Assembly (NCBI GenBank): GCA_030754595.1 | Contig: JASLZZ010000114.1 | Coordinates: forward strand, 1-47,312 | Origin: Nitrospinota bacterium | GTDB lineage: Bacteria; UBA8248 | Reading direction: 5' to 3' | DNA: 47,312 nucleotides | Shown here: positions 38,418-47,312 of the stretch, piece by piece | How positions within the stretch are numbered: position 1 is the stretch's first letter | Layout: each line of letters opens with the position of its first letter | Position numbers and translations under genes: made by a program | Notes under the pieces: model-generated | Seen by the model: the letters and a program-made list of their open reading frames with translations, nothing else | What the model was told of the DNA's origin: nothing | Database searches by the model: none

Positions 38418-39103
38418 GTGGTGGATAGTGAAAAATTTCTAGAAGGCATGAGTCGAAAAATCAGATCCGAAAAATAGGCAAACAGTTATTTGCATTAAGA
38501 GTTGCTAATTGGGGATCCGTTGGTGAAATTGAATCCCGCGCATACACTTGTGCTCACTGCGGGAATCCCCTCAGTTCTCAGAAGGGATACGTAGCCACAG
38601 GTGCAGTGGGCAATACGGTATACCCTAGGGGGTGGATTTATACTTGCCACCACTGTCGAAAACCTACGTATTTTGGGCCAAGTGAAGAGCAAATACCGGC
38701 CCCTGCTCCAGGCAATTCCATCAAAAAAGTACCTGAACCTCTCAATGAACTATATGAGCAAATACGCAGAGCCATGGGTGTAAACGCATACGCCCTTGCT
38801 GTGATGGGTTGTCGAAAAATTTTGATGGCTATCGCGGTGCAAGAAGGAGCCAAGGAGGGAGAAAATTACCTATTCTACGTCGATCATATCGCCGAAATGG
38901 GTCTTGTTCCGCCGAGAGCTAGGGGGATGCTCGATAAGGTGCGGAAGTTGGGAAACGCGGAGAATCATAAAATTGCAATGGCGACTCAAGAGGAAGCGGT
39001 CGAGCTTCTCCAGTTTTTGGAAATGATTTTGAAAATCAATTACGAATATGCCACGGATGAACCAAAGGGAGATGGGTCCGAAACTGGCGGGGAGGGCACC
39101 TGA
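38418..39103 (+). CDS. DUF4145 (HEPN-like) protein with N-terminal zinc ribbon; 5' end probably frameshifted
   Basis: CAHC and CHHC pairs, R..GNA.NH motif; frame stays open upstream of GTG 38606 with no start codon; one extra A at 38456-38460 would join it to GTG 38418 behind AAGGAG. Confidence 0.7.
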
Positions 39104-39107
39104 AATC

Positions 39108-39884
39108 ATGGACCTGATGCTTCAGGACAAGGTGGCGATGGTCTCGGGCGGGAGCCGGGGCATCGGCTTTCACATCGCGCGCGATCTGGCCGCCGAGGGC
39201 TGCCACGTCATCATCGGCGGCCGTGGCGAGAAGGACCTCAAGGACGCCCTCAACGAGATCGGCGGCCAGGCGAGCAGCAGCCGCGCCGCCTCCTTCCGGG
39301 GGGACATCACCGATAAGGGCGTTCCCGAGAAATTCCTGAACGAGACGCTCGATTTCTTCGGCGGGGTTGATATTCTCGTCAACAACGTCGGCGGTGGAAA
39401 ACCCAAGACCCTACTCGAGTCCACCGACGAGGACTGGGCCCAGGCGTTCGAGTTCAATCTCTTTCACTCCGTCCGGATGTCGCGTCTCGTGATTCCTGAG
39501 ATGAAAAAGCGCGGGGGCGGCTCGATCCTCAACGTCGCCTCCATTTACGGGCGTGAGTCGAAGGGGGCGATGACCTATAACGCCTCGAAGGCGGCCCTGA
39601 TCGGTTTCACGAAATCCCTCGCCAGGGAAACGGCCGGGGACAACATCCGCGTCAACTCGATTTGCCCGGGCGGGATACTTTTTCCCGGCGGGTTGTGGGA
39701 GCGCCGGATCGCCGAGGCCCCCGACGGTCTTCAGGGTTACCTCGACTCGGATTTCCCCCTGGGCCGGTTCGGCCGCCCCGAGGAAGTCTCATCGGTCGCC
39801 GTCCTGATGTCGAGCCCTCGGGCGAGTCTCGTCCACGGCGCCTGCTGGACGGTGGACGGCTGCCAGAGCCGCTCGAATATTTAG
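39108..39884 (+). CDS. SDR family oxidoreductase (copy 1)
   Basis: SGGSRGIG, NNVG, YNASK. Confidence 0.95.
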   Translation: MDLMLQDKVAMVSGGSRGIGFHIARDLAAEGCHVIIGGRGEKDLKDALNEIGGQASSSRAASFRGDITDKGVPEKFLNETLDFFGGVDILVNNVGGGKPKTLLESTDEDWAQAFEFNLFHSVRMSRLVIPEMKKRGGGSILNVASIYGRESKGAMTYNASKAALIGFTKSLARETAGDNIRVNSICPGGILFPGGLWERRIAEAPDGLQGYLDSDFPLGRFGRPEEVSSVAVLMSSPRASLVHGACWTVDGCQSRSNI

Positions 39885-39913
39885 GTCATTTTCTTTCGTA
39901 TAAAGGATTCGAA

Positions 39914-40687
39914 ATGGACTTCATGCTAGAGGACAAAGTCGCCATGATCTCGGGCGGCAGCAAGGGGATCGGATTCAACATCGCCCGCGATCTGGCCGGA
40001 GAGGGGTGCCACGTCGCTATAAGCGGCCGTACCCAGGCCGACATCGACGAGGCTTCGGGCGCGATCGCCGCGCTGGGCCGTGGCCGCGCGCTCGCCTTTC
40101 GCGGGGACATGACCCAAAAAGAGGATTGCGAGGGATTCTTTAAAGCGGCTGTGGATGAATTCGGCGGGGTGGATATTCTGGTGAACAACGTCGGGGGCAG
40201 CGACCCGAAGACCCTGCTCGAGACGGACGACGAAGACTGGGCGACAGCCTTCGATTTTAATCTCCATAATGCCGTCCGCCTCTCGCGGTTCGTGATCCCC
40301 GAGATGAAAAAGCGCGGCGGGGGCTCAATCCTCAACATCGCCTCCATCGCGGGGCGCGAATCGGGCTCTGCGATGACCTACAACGCGTCGAAGGCGGCGA
40401 TGATCAGTTTTTCGAAGGCGCTGGCGCAGCAGGTCGCCAAGGACAACATCCGCGTCAACTCGCTCGCGCCGGGCAGCGTCCTTTTCCCCGGTGGGGTGTG
40501 GGAGCGGCGGATCGCCGCCTCGCCCGACGGCCTCAAGGGCTGGATGGAGTCGGCGATGCCTTTTGGGCGTTTTGGGCGTCCCGAGGAGATATCCTCGGTC
40601 GCCACCTTCATGGTCAGCCCCCGGGCCAGCCTGGTGCATGGCGCCTGCTGGGCTGTGGACGGCTGCCAGAGCCGCTCGAACATATAG
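39914..40687 (+). CDS. SDR family oxidoreductase (copy 2)
   Basis: SGGSKGIG, NNVG, YNASK. Confidence 0.95.
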   Translation: MDFMLEDKVAMISGGSKGIGFNIARDLAGEGCHVAISGRTQADIDEASGAIAALGRGRALAFRGDMTQKEDCEGFFKAAVDEFGGVDILVNNVGGSDPKTLLETDDEDWATAFDFNLHNAVRLSRFVIPEMKKRGGGSILNIASIAGRESGSAMTYNASKAAMISFSKALAQQVAKDNIRVNSLAPGSVLFPGGVWERRIAASPDGLKGWMESAMPFGRFGRPEEISSVATFMVSPRASLVHGACWAVDGCQSRSNI

Positions 40688-40708
40688 CCGCCGCCCGCCC
40701 GCGCCGAC

Positions 40709-42275
40709 TCAGTCGACTTGGCCTTCGCCTATGAAAATAAAGGAATTATCCCCCTCGGCCGGGGGCGCTTCGGCCTTCTCTTCGGCGGGGGGCGCTTCCT
40801 CCTTAACATCAGGAGGAGTCTCCTTGTCTTCGGGGGATTTCTCCTCGGGCTCTCCTGATTGATCGAGATCGAAATTTTCGCCTTCCCCGGTGGGAGCTTG
40901 CCCAGCGGCGGGTTCCGCCTCGGGCGCGGGTTTGGCGCCGGGGGCATCCCCTGTTTCTTTTTCGGCCCCGGATGGTCCTTCCCTTGATTCGGGGCGTTCT
41001 TCTTTATCATCGGAGGTGGCTTCAGGGGAGAGTTCTCCGGGCTCTTCCGGTTTTTCATTCCCACGGCCGGGACGCTCCTCCTCCGAGACACTTTCCTCGG
41101 TTTCGGGCTGCTCCGGCCGGGGCTCGGGATTTTTCTCCTCGTCCTCGAGAATCTCCCTTATGGACTGTTCTATTCTGGCCTTATCGGAGATCTCTTTCGC
41201 TGCCTCTTCTTTGGCTGCCCTCTCTGCAGCCGCCTTCCTCTGGCCTCTTCTTCGGCTGCCCTCTCTGCAGCCGCCTTCCTCTGGGCTTCTTCCTCGGCGG
41301 CCCTCTCGGTGAGGACCTTTTCGACGGGAATCTCCATTGGCGTCTCGATTTGTTTCTCCACCACGGGCTCGCCGGTCGCTTTCTCGGTCTCGATCTCCCC
41401 GGTGGGTTTCTCGGGAGAAATTTCGGTTCTTGCGGAATGGTCTTCGGGAAGGCCAATGCTCTCCTTGGTGACCTCTGTTTTCTCACCGCTTTCCCGGCCG
41501 CCTTGGGGGGAGGTGCTCTCCCGGGGTTCCTCCGGTTTCTCGGTTTCCGCCGGAGAAGCCTTCGGGCCCTCTTTTTCCGGCTTGGCGGTTCTCGCACCTT
41601 CCTCCAGTGTTTCGGATGTGGGCTCGGGTTTTTGCCCGTATTTCCGCTCGGGTTCTTTTTCGGCCGGGCCGGGCGCTTTCACCTCGGGAGAGGAAGTTTT
41701 CTCCACTGGTGGTTTGGCCTCGGAAGGTGATTCCCGTTCTCCGATTATTATTTTCGCATCGACGCCGGCGGGCGATTCCTTTTTCATCAAAAATTCCATG
41801 AGGGCCTTCTCCGTTTCGCTCTCCTTCGATTCTCCTTCTTCCTCCGGAGGAGGGGGTACGAGGGCGTTCGTGATCACATAGACGATCAGGCCGTCCTTCG
41901 CCTGGGCCTTGACGAGGCTCGAGTCCTTCGTGATCCGGACGAGTTGGCCTTCCACCGATTCGACGGTGGGAATCTTTCCCTGGATCAGAGTCTTGAGGGA
42001 CATATGGAGCAATTTTTGCGGTTGCATTTGCAAATGAGAACTTTGTTCCGGATGTCGTCCCCTACTTTCTCGCCCGAGATTTTTCCCTTGAGAAAGAGAT
42101 CGAGCAATTCGATGATTTGCTTGGCTCCGGTTTCTATCAGGCAGAAAAACGTGAAACTGTCTTTCCGGACCTCTCCGTGTTTGTAGGGGCGAAAATCGAG
42201 GGTCCTGGAGTGGCTTTTCGCGGGAAGGAGCAGCAATAGAGTCAGGATGGCTGTAAAAACGATTGCCCGTTTCAT
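40709..42275 (-). pseudogene. Exported protein with long Glu/Pro/Lys-rich tail, split by two frameshifts
   Basis: Signal peptide MKRAIVF...SHS; frame changes at about 42013-42017 and 41242; restored frame ends FIFIGEGQVD-TGA at 40709. Confidence 0.7.
41205..41308 (-). repeat. 42-bp tandem repeat (about 2.5 copies) encoding ERAAEEEAQRKAAA
   Basis: GGCTGCCCTCTCTGCAGCCGCCTTCCTCTGG at 41213 and 41254 (spacing 41, one base short). Confidence 0.9.
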
Positions 42276-42288
42276 AGTGGGAGGTTCT

Positions 42289-43261
42289 TCAGGAGGCTCG
42301 GCCGGCGGGCTCTTTCACCCGGACGAGCCACTGTTGCTTCAGCGTGCTTTTCACGACGCGAGGCAGGCTGAATCCCACTTGAGCCATCTTCGGCTCGCGG
42401 AGAGGGGGGTAAGCCGGGCCTCTTTCAGGGGAAGGCCGGCGATTTCGATCTTGGACAGGTCGGTCTGGCCCCAGCCGATCTCCTCGGCTGCCGCGAGGGT
42501 CCTCAAGCGGCTGGGGTCGAGCCCCGCCGCTTCGCAGGCCACGCGGTCGAGTGCGACAGGGTCGGTGCTGGCCATCAAAAGACCCATCCGTCGAGGCCGG
42601 CCCGCTCCCGGGCCCTGGCCTTCCATCGCCAGAACCGCGTCGAGGATCGAGAAACGGGGGCCGACGAGTCGTGCGGTCTCGGAGATCATGAGCGGAAAAT
42701 ACTCCTGATAGTTTCCCGCCTTGAAGTGCCACCATGCCTTTCGCTTCCCAGCCGCGCAGCTGAAGAGGTTTTTCACCGCGCCCGTCATGTACATCTGGCT
42801 GTGGGTTTTCAGCTTGGGAAGATTGATGAGCGCCTCGGCGCTGGTCGCCTCGCGGGCGATATGAAAATGACGGTAGACGGCGCCCTCAGTATTCGGGACC
42901 TTGACGGCGCATGTAAAGGGGGTGGGCGCCGCGTTTTCCTCGGCGCACACGGCGGCGAGACCTGAGGCGCTCATGGCGTTCCCGAAACTTCCCCAGGCGG
43001 GGCTGTCGCCGACAGAGATCGAGACCGGCCGGACCGAGGCGCGAAGGGCGCGGATGACGGCGCGGAGCGCCGCGAGATGGGTGGTGACGGCGCTCCCGGG
43101 GTGGGGTGGGCGCCCTTGAGCAGGTTTGGTTTGAGGAGAAGGTGCTTTCCGGGTGGGAGGTGAGTCTCTGCGCCGCCCATCAGTTCAAGAAGACGGTTGA
43201 CGGACTCTTCGACGCGGCCGCTGTCGTAGTCCTCGCACCGAACGATGGCGACGCGGCTCAA
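42289..43261 (-). pseudogene. DUF362 domain protein, split by two frameshifts
   Basis: VAIVRC..Y, LLKPNLL, VTTH, GDSP, INLPKLKTH, GAVKN.F, EG.GP, D.VALD; breaks at 43098-43107 and 42404-42409. Confidence 0.85.
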
Positions 43262-43288
43262 CCCTTGTCTCCCATCGGAAGTCTCCGC

Positions 43289-43615
43289 CTACCCTTTCTT
43301 GATCATTTCGATTTTCTCGTCGCGCTCTTTTTCGAGGGCCTCGCGCGTTTCGATGTGTTTCTTACGTGCTTCGTCGAGGGGGACCTGGGCCTCGGGCGGA
43401 AGCTGAGCGCGGACCGCCTCCAGCGGGGTGCCGCCTGTGAGCTTCATCATTTCCTGCTGGAAGAGAACCTCGCGTTCGGCGATTTTTCCCTCATAAATTT
43501 TTTTGGTTTCTTCGATCGAATCGCGCTGCTCGGGAGAGAGTTTCTTCATCTCCTCGCGCGCCCGATCACCGATGGCCGAGGTTTTTTCCATCGCAATTTC
43601 AAGGGCGCTTTTCAT
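43289..43615 (-). CDS. Hypothetical helical protein (MKSALEIAMEK)
   Basis: GAGGA RBS, charged coiled-coil composition. Confidence 0.75.
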   Translation of the reverse strand: MKSALEIAMEKTSAIGDRAREEMKKLSPEQRDSIEETKKIYEGKIAEREVLFQQEMMKLTGGTPLEAVRAQLPPEAQVPLDEARKKHIETREALEKERDEKIEMIKKG

Positions 43616-43965
43616 GGTTTCATCCTCCCCGGAGCGGCTCATCGGCATCTTGCCGCCCGCTCCGCATGGCGGTTATCCAGCTTTATGTCTTTCCAAGGAT
43701 TTTAGGGGCGCCCCGAGGAGGGGTCAATGGGGCAAGCGGGCCGCGATACGCTCCAGTGAGGGCTCGGACAGCTTCTCCACTGAATTCGGGCGGGAGGGGT
43801 CCGGCCCGGCAGGGTCCGGCCCGGCGGTTTTTCCTGTATAAAGGGACGAAACGCCCGGCCGAGACCAATCCAAAAGCCCGCGCCCAGACCGCTTTGTCCG
43901 CATCGCCGGTGGTCCGTTGACCCAGAAGACTGGCAGTCTGGAGAACCCGCGGTCCGGAGGAAATC

Positions 43966-44934
43966 ATGCACGAACCTGTCTATCAGGATGTCGTCGATGC
44001 CGCCGGGCGGATCGCGGCCTATCTGCCCGAAACGCCGTTTCACGAGATACCGCCGCTCTCCGAGAAATTCGGCTGCCACTATTTTCTCAAGTTCGAGTCC
44101 ATGCAACCCGTCGGGGCCTTCAAGGTGCGAGGTGGGGTGAATCTCGTCTCGCGGCTCTCAGAGAAGGAGCGTGCGCGGGGGCTGATCACCGCCTCGACAG
44201 GAAACCACGGTGCCTCGATCGCCTGGGCTTCGCGGGCCTTCGGGGTGCGCGCCACCGTTGCTGCCCCCGAGGGCTCGAACCCCGACAAACTCGTAGCCAT
44301 TCGCCGGATGGGGGCTGAGGTCGTCCTGCACGGCAGCGACTTCGACGAGGCCCGCGAATGGTGCGAGGCCGAGGCGGTGAGGAGCGGCATGCGCTACGTC
44401 CACTCGGCCAACGAGCCTCACCTCATCGCGGGGGTGGGAACGGCGGCGCTCGAGTGCTTCGGGGCAGAGACCGACATCGACGTACTCATCGTTCCCGTCG
44501 GGGGCGGGAGCGGGGCCGCCGGAGCCGCTCTCGTAGCGAAAACGCGCAGGCCGGGCGTCCACGTCGTCGGCGTCCAGGCCGAGCGCGCACCGGCGGTCCA
44601 CCAGAGTCTCCTGGCGGGGGAGATGCGCTCCCATCCCTCCTCTGCGACTTTCGCCGACGGCCTGGCGACGCGGGTTCCCTTCGAACAGACCTTCGGGATG
44701 ATGCGCCGCCTCGTGGACGAGACCCTTCTCGTCTCGGAGGAGGAAATGTGCGAGGCGATTCGCCTGTTAGTTTCAGAAGTGTGTGTGATCGCCGAGGGGG
44801 CGGGTGCGGCCCCGACCGCCGCGGCGGCGAAGATGGATTTGAGGGGCAAGAAGGTGGTGGCGATGGTGAGCGGGCGCAACCTCACGGCGGAGCATCTCCG
44901 TCTCATCCTCTCGGGCGGGGTGCCGATGCCATGA
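43966..44934 (+). CDS. Threonine/serine dehydratase (PLP-dependent, no regulatory domain)
   Basis: K.E..Q..GAFKVRG, STGNHG, PVGGG, ADGLA, EGAGA, SG.N. Confidence 0.93.
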   Translation: MHEPVYQDVVDAAGRIAAYLPETPFHEIPPLSEKFGCHYFLKFESMQPVGAFKVRGGVNLVSRLSEKERARGLITASTGNHGASIAWASRAFGVRATVAAPEGSNPDKLVAIRRMGAEVVLHGSDFDEAREWCEAEAVRSGMRYVHSANEPHLIAGVGTAALECFGAETDIDVLIVPVGGGSGAAGAALVAKTRRPGVHVVGVQAERAPAVHQSLLAGEMRSHPSSATFADGLATRVPFEQTFGMMRRLVDETLLVSEEEMCEAIRLLVSEVCVIAEGAGAAPTAAAAKMDLRGKKVVAMVSGRNLTAEHLRLILSGGVPMP

Positions 44935-47312
44935 ACGACGCCCGGCCGAAGCCCGTGCGCACCTACCGGCTGAATGCCGCGAAATCGTCACCGGGAGAAA
45001 AAGAATCCTCTGACGGCGGCACTTCCGATGGTCCTCTTTGTGTCGAGGTGGCGGTGAACGTCCCCCGGCTCGGGCCGCTGACCTACCGCGTCCCGGAGGA
45101 GGTGGCGGGAGCGCTCATTCCCGGTGTGCGCGTCATGGTCCCCCTCGGGCGGCGGCGGATGACGGGCTACGTCGTCTCGCCCCCTGCGCCCCTTCCGGCG
45201 GAGGGGACGCCCCCGGCTGGAGGAGTCGGCCCGGCATCGCTCAAGGATGTCATTCGCCTCCTCGACGAGGAGCCCGTCCTCACCGGGGAGATGATTGCGC
45301 TCACCCGGTGGGTCGCGGATTACTACTGCTGCGGCTGGGGCGAGGCGATTCGGGCCGCCCTGCCCGGCGTCGGGGAGCGCAAGGGTGTCGAGCGGGTCCG
45401 CCTGACCGAGGCGGGGCGGAGCGAGGCCGCCCTCGAGGCGGCGGGGCTGGGTCTCCCAGGGCTGGGGGGAGAGAAGGACGCCCCCCTCCGGGCGCGGGTG
45501 CTGGCCGCCCTTAAGGCGCGGCCCCGGCGGCTCGACCAGCTGGCCTCGGCCGTGGGGCGCGGCGCGCGGCAGGAGGCCGGGCGGCTCATCGACGAGGGTC
45601 TCGCCGAGAAAGTCTCGGTCGAGGAAGGCGGCTCCGTGCCGAGGGTGGTGCGCTGGGTCCGGCTCGTGGAGGCGCCGGAGGGGTACCTGGGCGAAAATTT
45701 CGATCAGCGTGCCCCGAGGCAGGCCGCCGCGTTACAACTCATTGAAAAAGCTAAAGATAAGCGAATCATGCTCCGCGAGCTCGAGCGCTTCTCGCCGGGC
45801 GCACGGGGGGCTTGCGCCGCGATGGCGAAAAAGGGCTGGGTGATTTTGGAGGACGGCCCGCCTCCCGACCCCTCCACAGACGAGCCCTCCGCTGGGTACG
45901 TCACCACCGGGGATGCTCTCTCAGGGCACACCCCCACTGGCGGAGCCAGCGCCGGGCACGATGCCCCCGCCGGGGCCACCCCCCCCCCGGAGGGGGTCGA
46001 ACTCACCCCGGCCCAGCGGACCGCCTTCGACGCCGTCGCCGCCGACATCAGCGCCAAAACCTACTCCGTCACCCTCCTCCACGGCGTCACCGGGAGCGGC
46101 AAGACCGAGGTTTACCTCCGCCTCGCCAGGGAAGCTCTCGACTCCGGGCGGGGGGCGCTCGTCCTCGTCCCCGAGATCGGCCTAACGCCCCAGCTCCTCG
46201 GGCGGTTCCGGTCGTGCTTCGGCGGCCGCGTCGCCTGCCTCCACAGCGCCTACCCCGAGCGTAGGCGCGCCGCCGAATGGCGGCGGGTCCGGAGCGGGGA
46301 GGCCCCGGTCGTCATCGGCACCCGCTCGGCCGTCTACGCCCCGCTCCCCGAGGTCGGCTTCATCGCCGTCGACGAAGAACACGACGCCTCCTACAAACAG
46401 GACGACGCCCCGCGCTACAACGCCCGCGACACCGCCATCGTCCGTGCGCGCCGAGCGGGCGTTCCGGCCGTCCTCGGCTCGGCCACCCCCTCGCTCGAGA
46501 GCTACTCGCGCGCGGCGGCGGGCGCCTACCGGCTCATGACGCTTCCGGCCCGGCCCGGCGGCCGGCCACTGCCCGAGGTCCGCCTCGTCGATCTCCGCCG
46601 GGAGCAGAGCGGCGGCGACCCCAAGGCCCCGCCCCTTCTGAGCGCCGATCTCGCCGGCGCGATCCACGAGCGCCTCGGGCGCGGGGAGCAGAGCCTTCTG
46701 TTTCTGAACCGCCGGGGCTTTTCCTCCGTCATCCTCTGCCGCGATTGCGGGGCCTCGGCCGAGTGCCAGAACTGCTCGGTCCCGCTCACCTTTCACCTGA
46801 ACGCCGGCGGCGGGGCCGGGCGGCTCCAGTGCCACCTCTGCGACCTCTCGATACCCCCGCCGAATATTTGTCCCCACTGCGGGAGCGGGCGCGTCGCCTA
46901 CTTCGGCCTCGGCACCGAGCGGGTCGAGGAGGCCGTCCGGGCGCGGTTCCCCGGAGCGCGGGTCCGGCGCATGGACCGCGACACCGTACGCCGCGCGGGG
47001 GCCTACGACGAAATCCTGGGGGCCGTGCGGCGGGGCGAGGTGGATATCTTGATTGGAACCCAGATGGTGGCGAAGGGTCACGACTTTCCGCGCATGACGC
47101 TGGTCGGTGTCATCCTCGCCGACGTGGGGCTCCATCTTCCCGATTTCCGCGCCGGAGAGCGGACCTTTCAGCTCCTGACCCAGGTGGCGGGCCGGGCCGG
47201 TCGGGCCGACCTTCCGGGCGAGGTGATCGTCCAGACCTTCCGGCCCGAACACTACGCCGTCACCTGCGCCAGGGAGCACGACTACGCCGCGTTTTACGAG
47301 ATTGAGTCGAGG
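44931..47312 (+). CDS. priA: Primosomal protein N' (truncated by the window end)
   Basis: Open frame from ATG 44931 (ATGA overlap); GVTGSGKTEVY, LVPEI.LTPQ, GTRSA, DEEHD, SATPS, NRRG, Cys-rich zinc region, GTQM.AKG.DFP, QVAGRAGR; absent from the ORF track because no stop is reached. Confidence 0.97.
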   Translation, partial: MNDARPKPVRTYRLNAAKSSPGEKESSDGGTSDGPLCVEVAVNVPRLGPLTYRVPEEVAGALIPGVRVMVPLGRRRMTGYVVSPPAPLPAEGTPPAGGVGPASLKDVIRLLDEEPVLTGEMIALTRWVADYYCCGWGEAIRAALPGVGERKGVERVRLTEAGRSEAALEAAGLGLPGLGGEKDAPLRARVLAALKARPRRLDQLASAVGRGARQEAGRLIDEGLAEKVSVEEGGSVPRVVRWVRLVEAPEGYLGENFDQRAPRQAAALQLIEKAKDKRIMLRELERFSPGARGACAAMAKKGWVILEDGPPPDPSTDEPSAGYVTTGDALSGHTPTGGASAGHDAPAGATPPPEGVELTPAQRTAFDAVAADISAKTYSVTLLHGVTGSGKTEVYLRLAREALDSGRGALVLVPEIGLTPQLLGRFRSCFGGRVACLHSAYPERRRAAEWRRVRSGEAPVVIGTRSAVYAPLPEVGFIAVDEEHDASYKQDDAPRYNARDTAIVRARRAGVPAVLGSATPSLESYSRAAAGAYRLMTLPARPGGRPLPEVRLVDLRREQSGGDPKAPPLLSADLAGAIHERLGRGEQSLLFLNRRGFSSVILCRDCGASAECQNCSVPLTFHLNAGGGAGRLQCHLCDLSIPPPNICPHCGSGRVAYFGLGTERVEEAVRARFPGARVRRMDRDTVRRAGAYDEILGAVRRGEVDILIGTQMVAKGHDFPRMTLVGVILADVGLHLPDFRAGERTFQLLTQVAGRAGRADLPGEVIVQTFRPEHYAVTCAREHDYAAFYEIESR

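Noticed and set aside
41205..41308. Repeat as a CRISPR array
   Set aside because: Copies are contiguous with no spacers and encode an in-frame peptide repeat
43797..43825. GGGTCCGGCCCGGC repeated twice in an intergenic region
   Set aside because: Only two copies in very GC-rich DNA, with no other support for a function

Overview
GC-rich bacterial chromosomal window of mostly housekeeping and metabolic genes: sdhCAB, carbamate kinase, queC, an acyl-CoA dehydrogenase, two tandem SDRs, a threonine dehydratase, priA (cut by the window end) and tRNA-Asn(GTT). It also has a lower-GC glycan-modification cluster (8.9-14.5 kb) and two small AT-rich islets (1-545 and 38.4-39.1 kb). The ORF track misses three thioredoxin-fold genes whose in-frame TGA falls at the first active-site Cys position (UGLC at 3638, UINC at 28437, UPWA at 31330); these are candidate selenoproteins, and two have clear SECIS-like hairpins. 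The first is the third gene of a tight operon with a MoxR-type AAA+ ATPase and a 666-aa partner that seems to carry a degenerate VWA-like module; this is the best candidate for an undescribed system. Several genes are broken: single-base homopolymer deletions cluster at 34.8-43.1 kb (possibly long-read errors), and point lesions cluster at 31.3-33.1 kb. All family calls come from motif recognition by eye, not database searches. No CRISPR array, transposase or integrase was seen.
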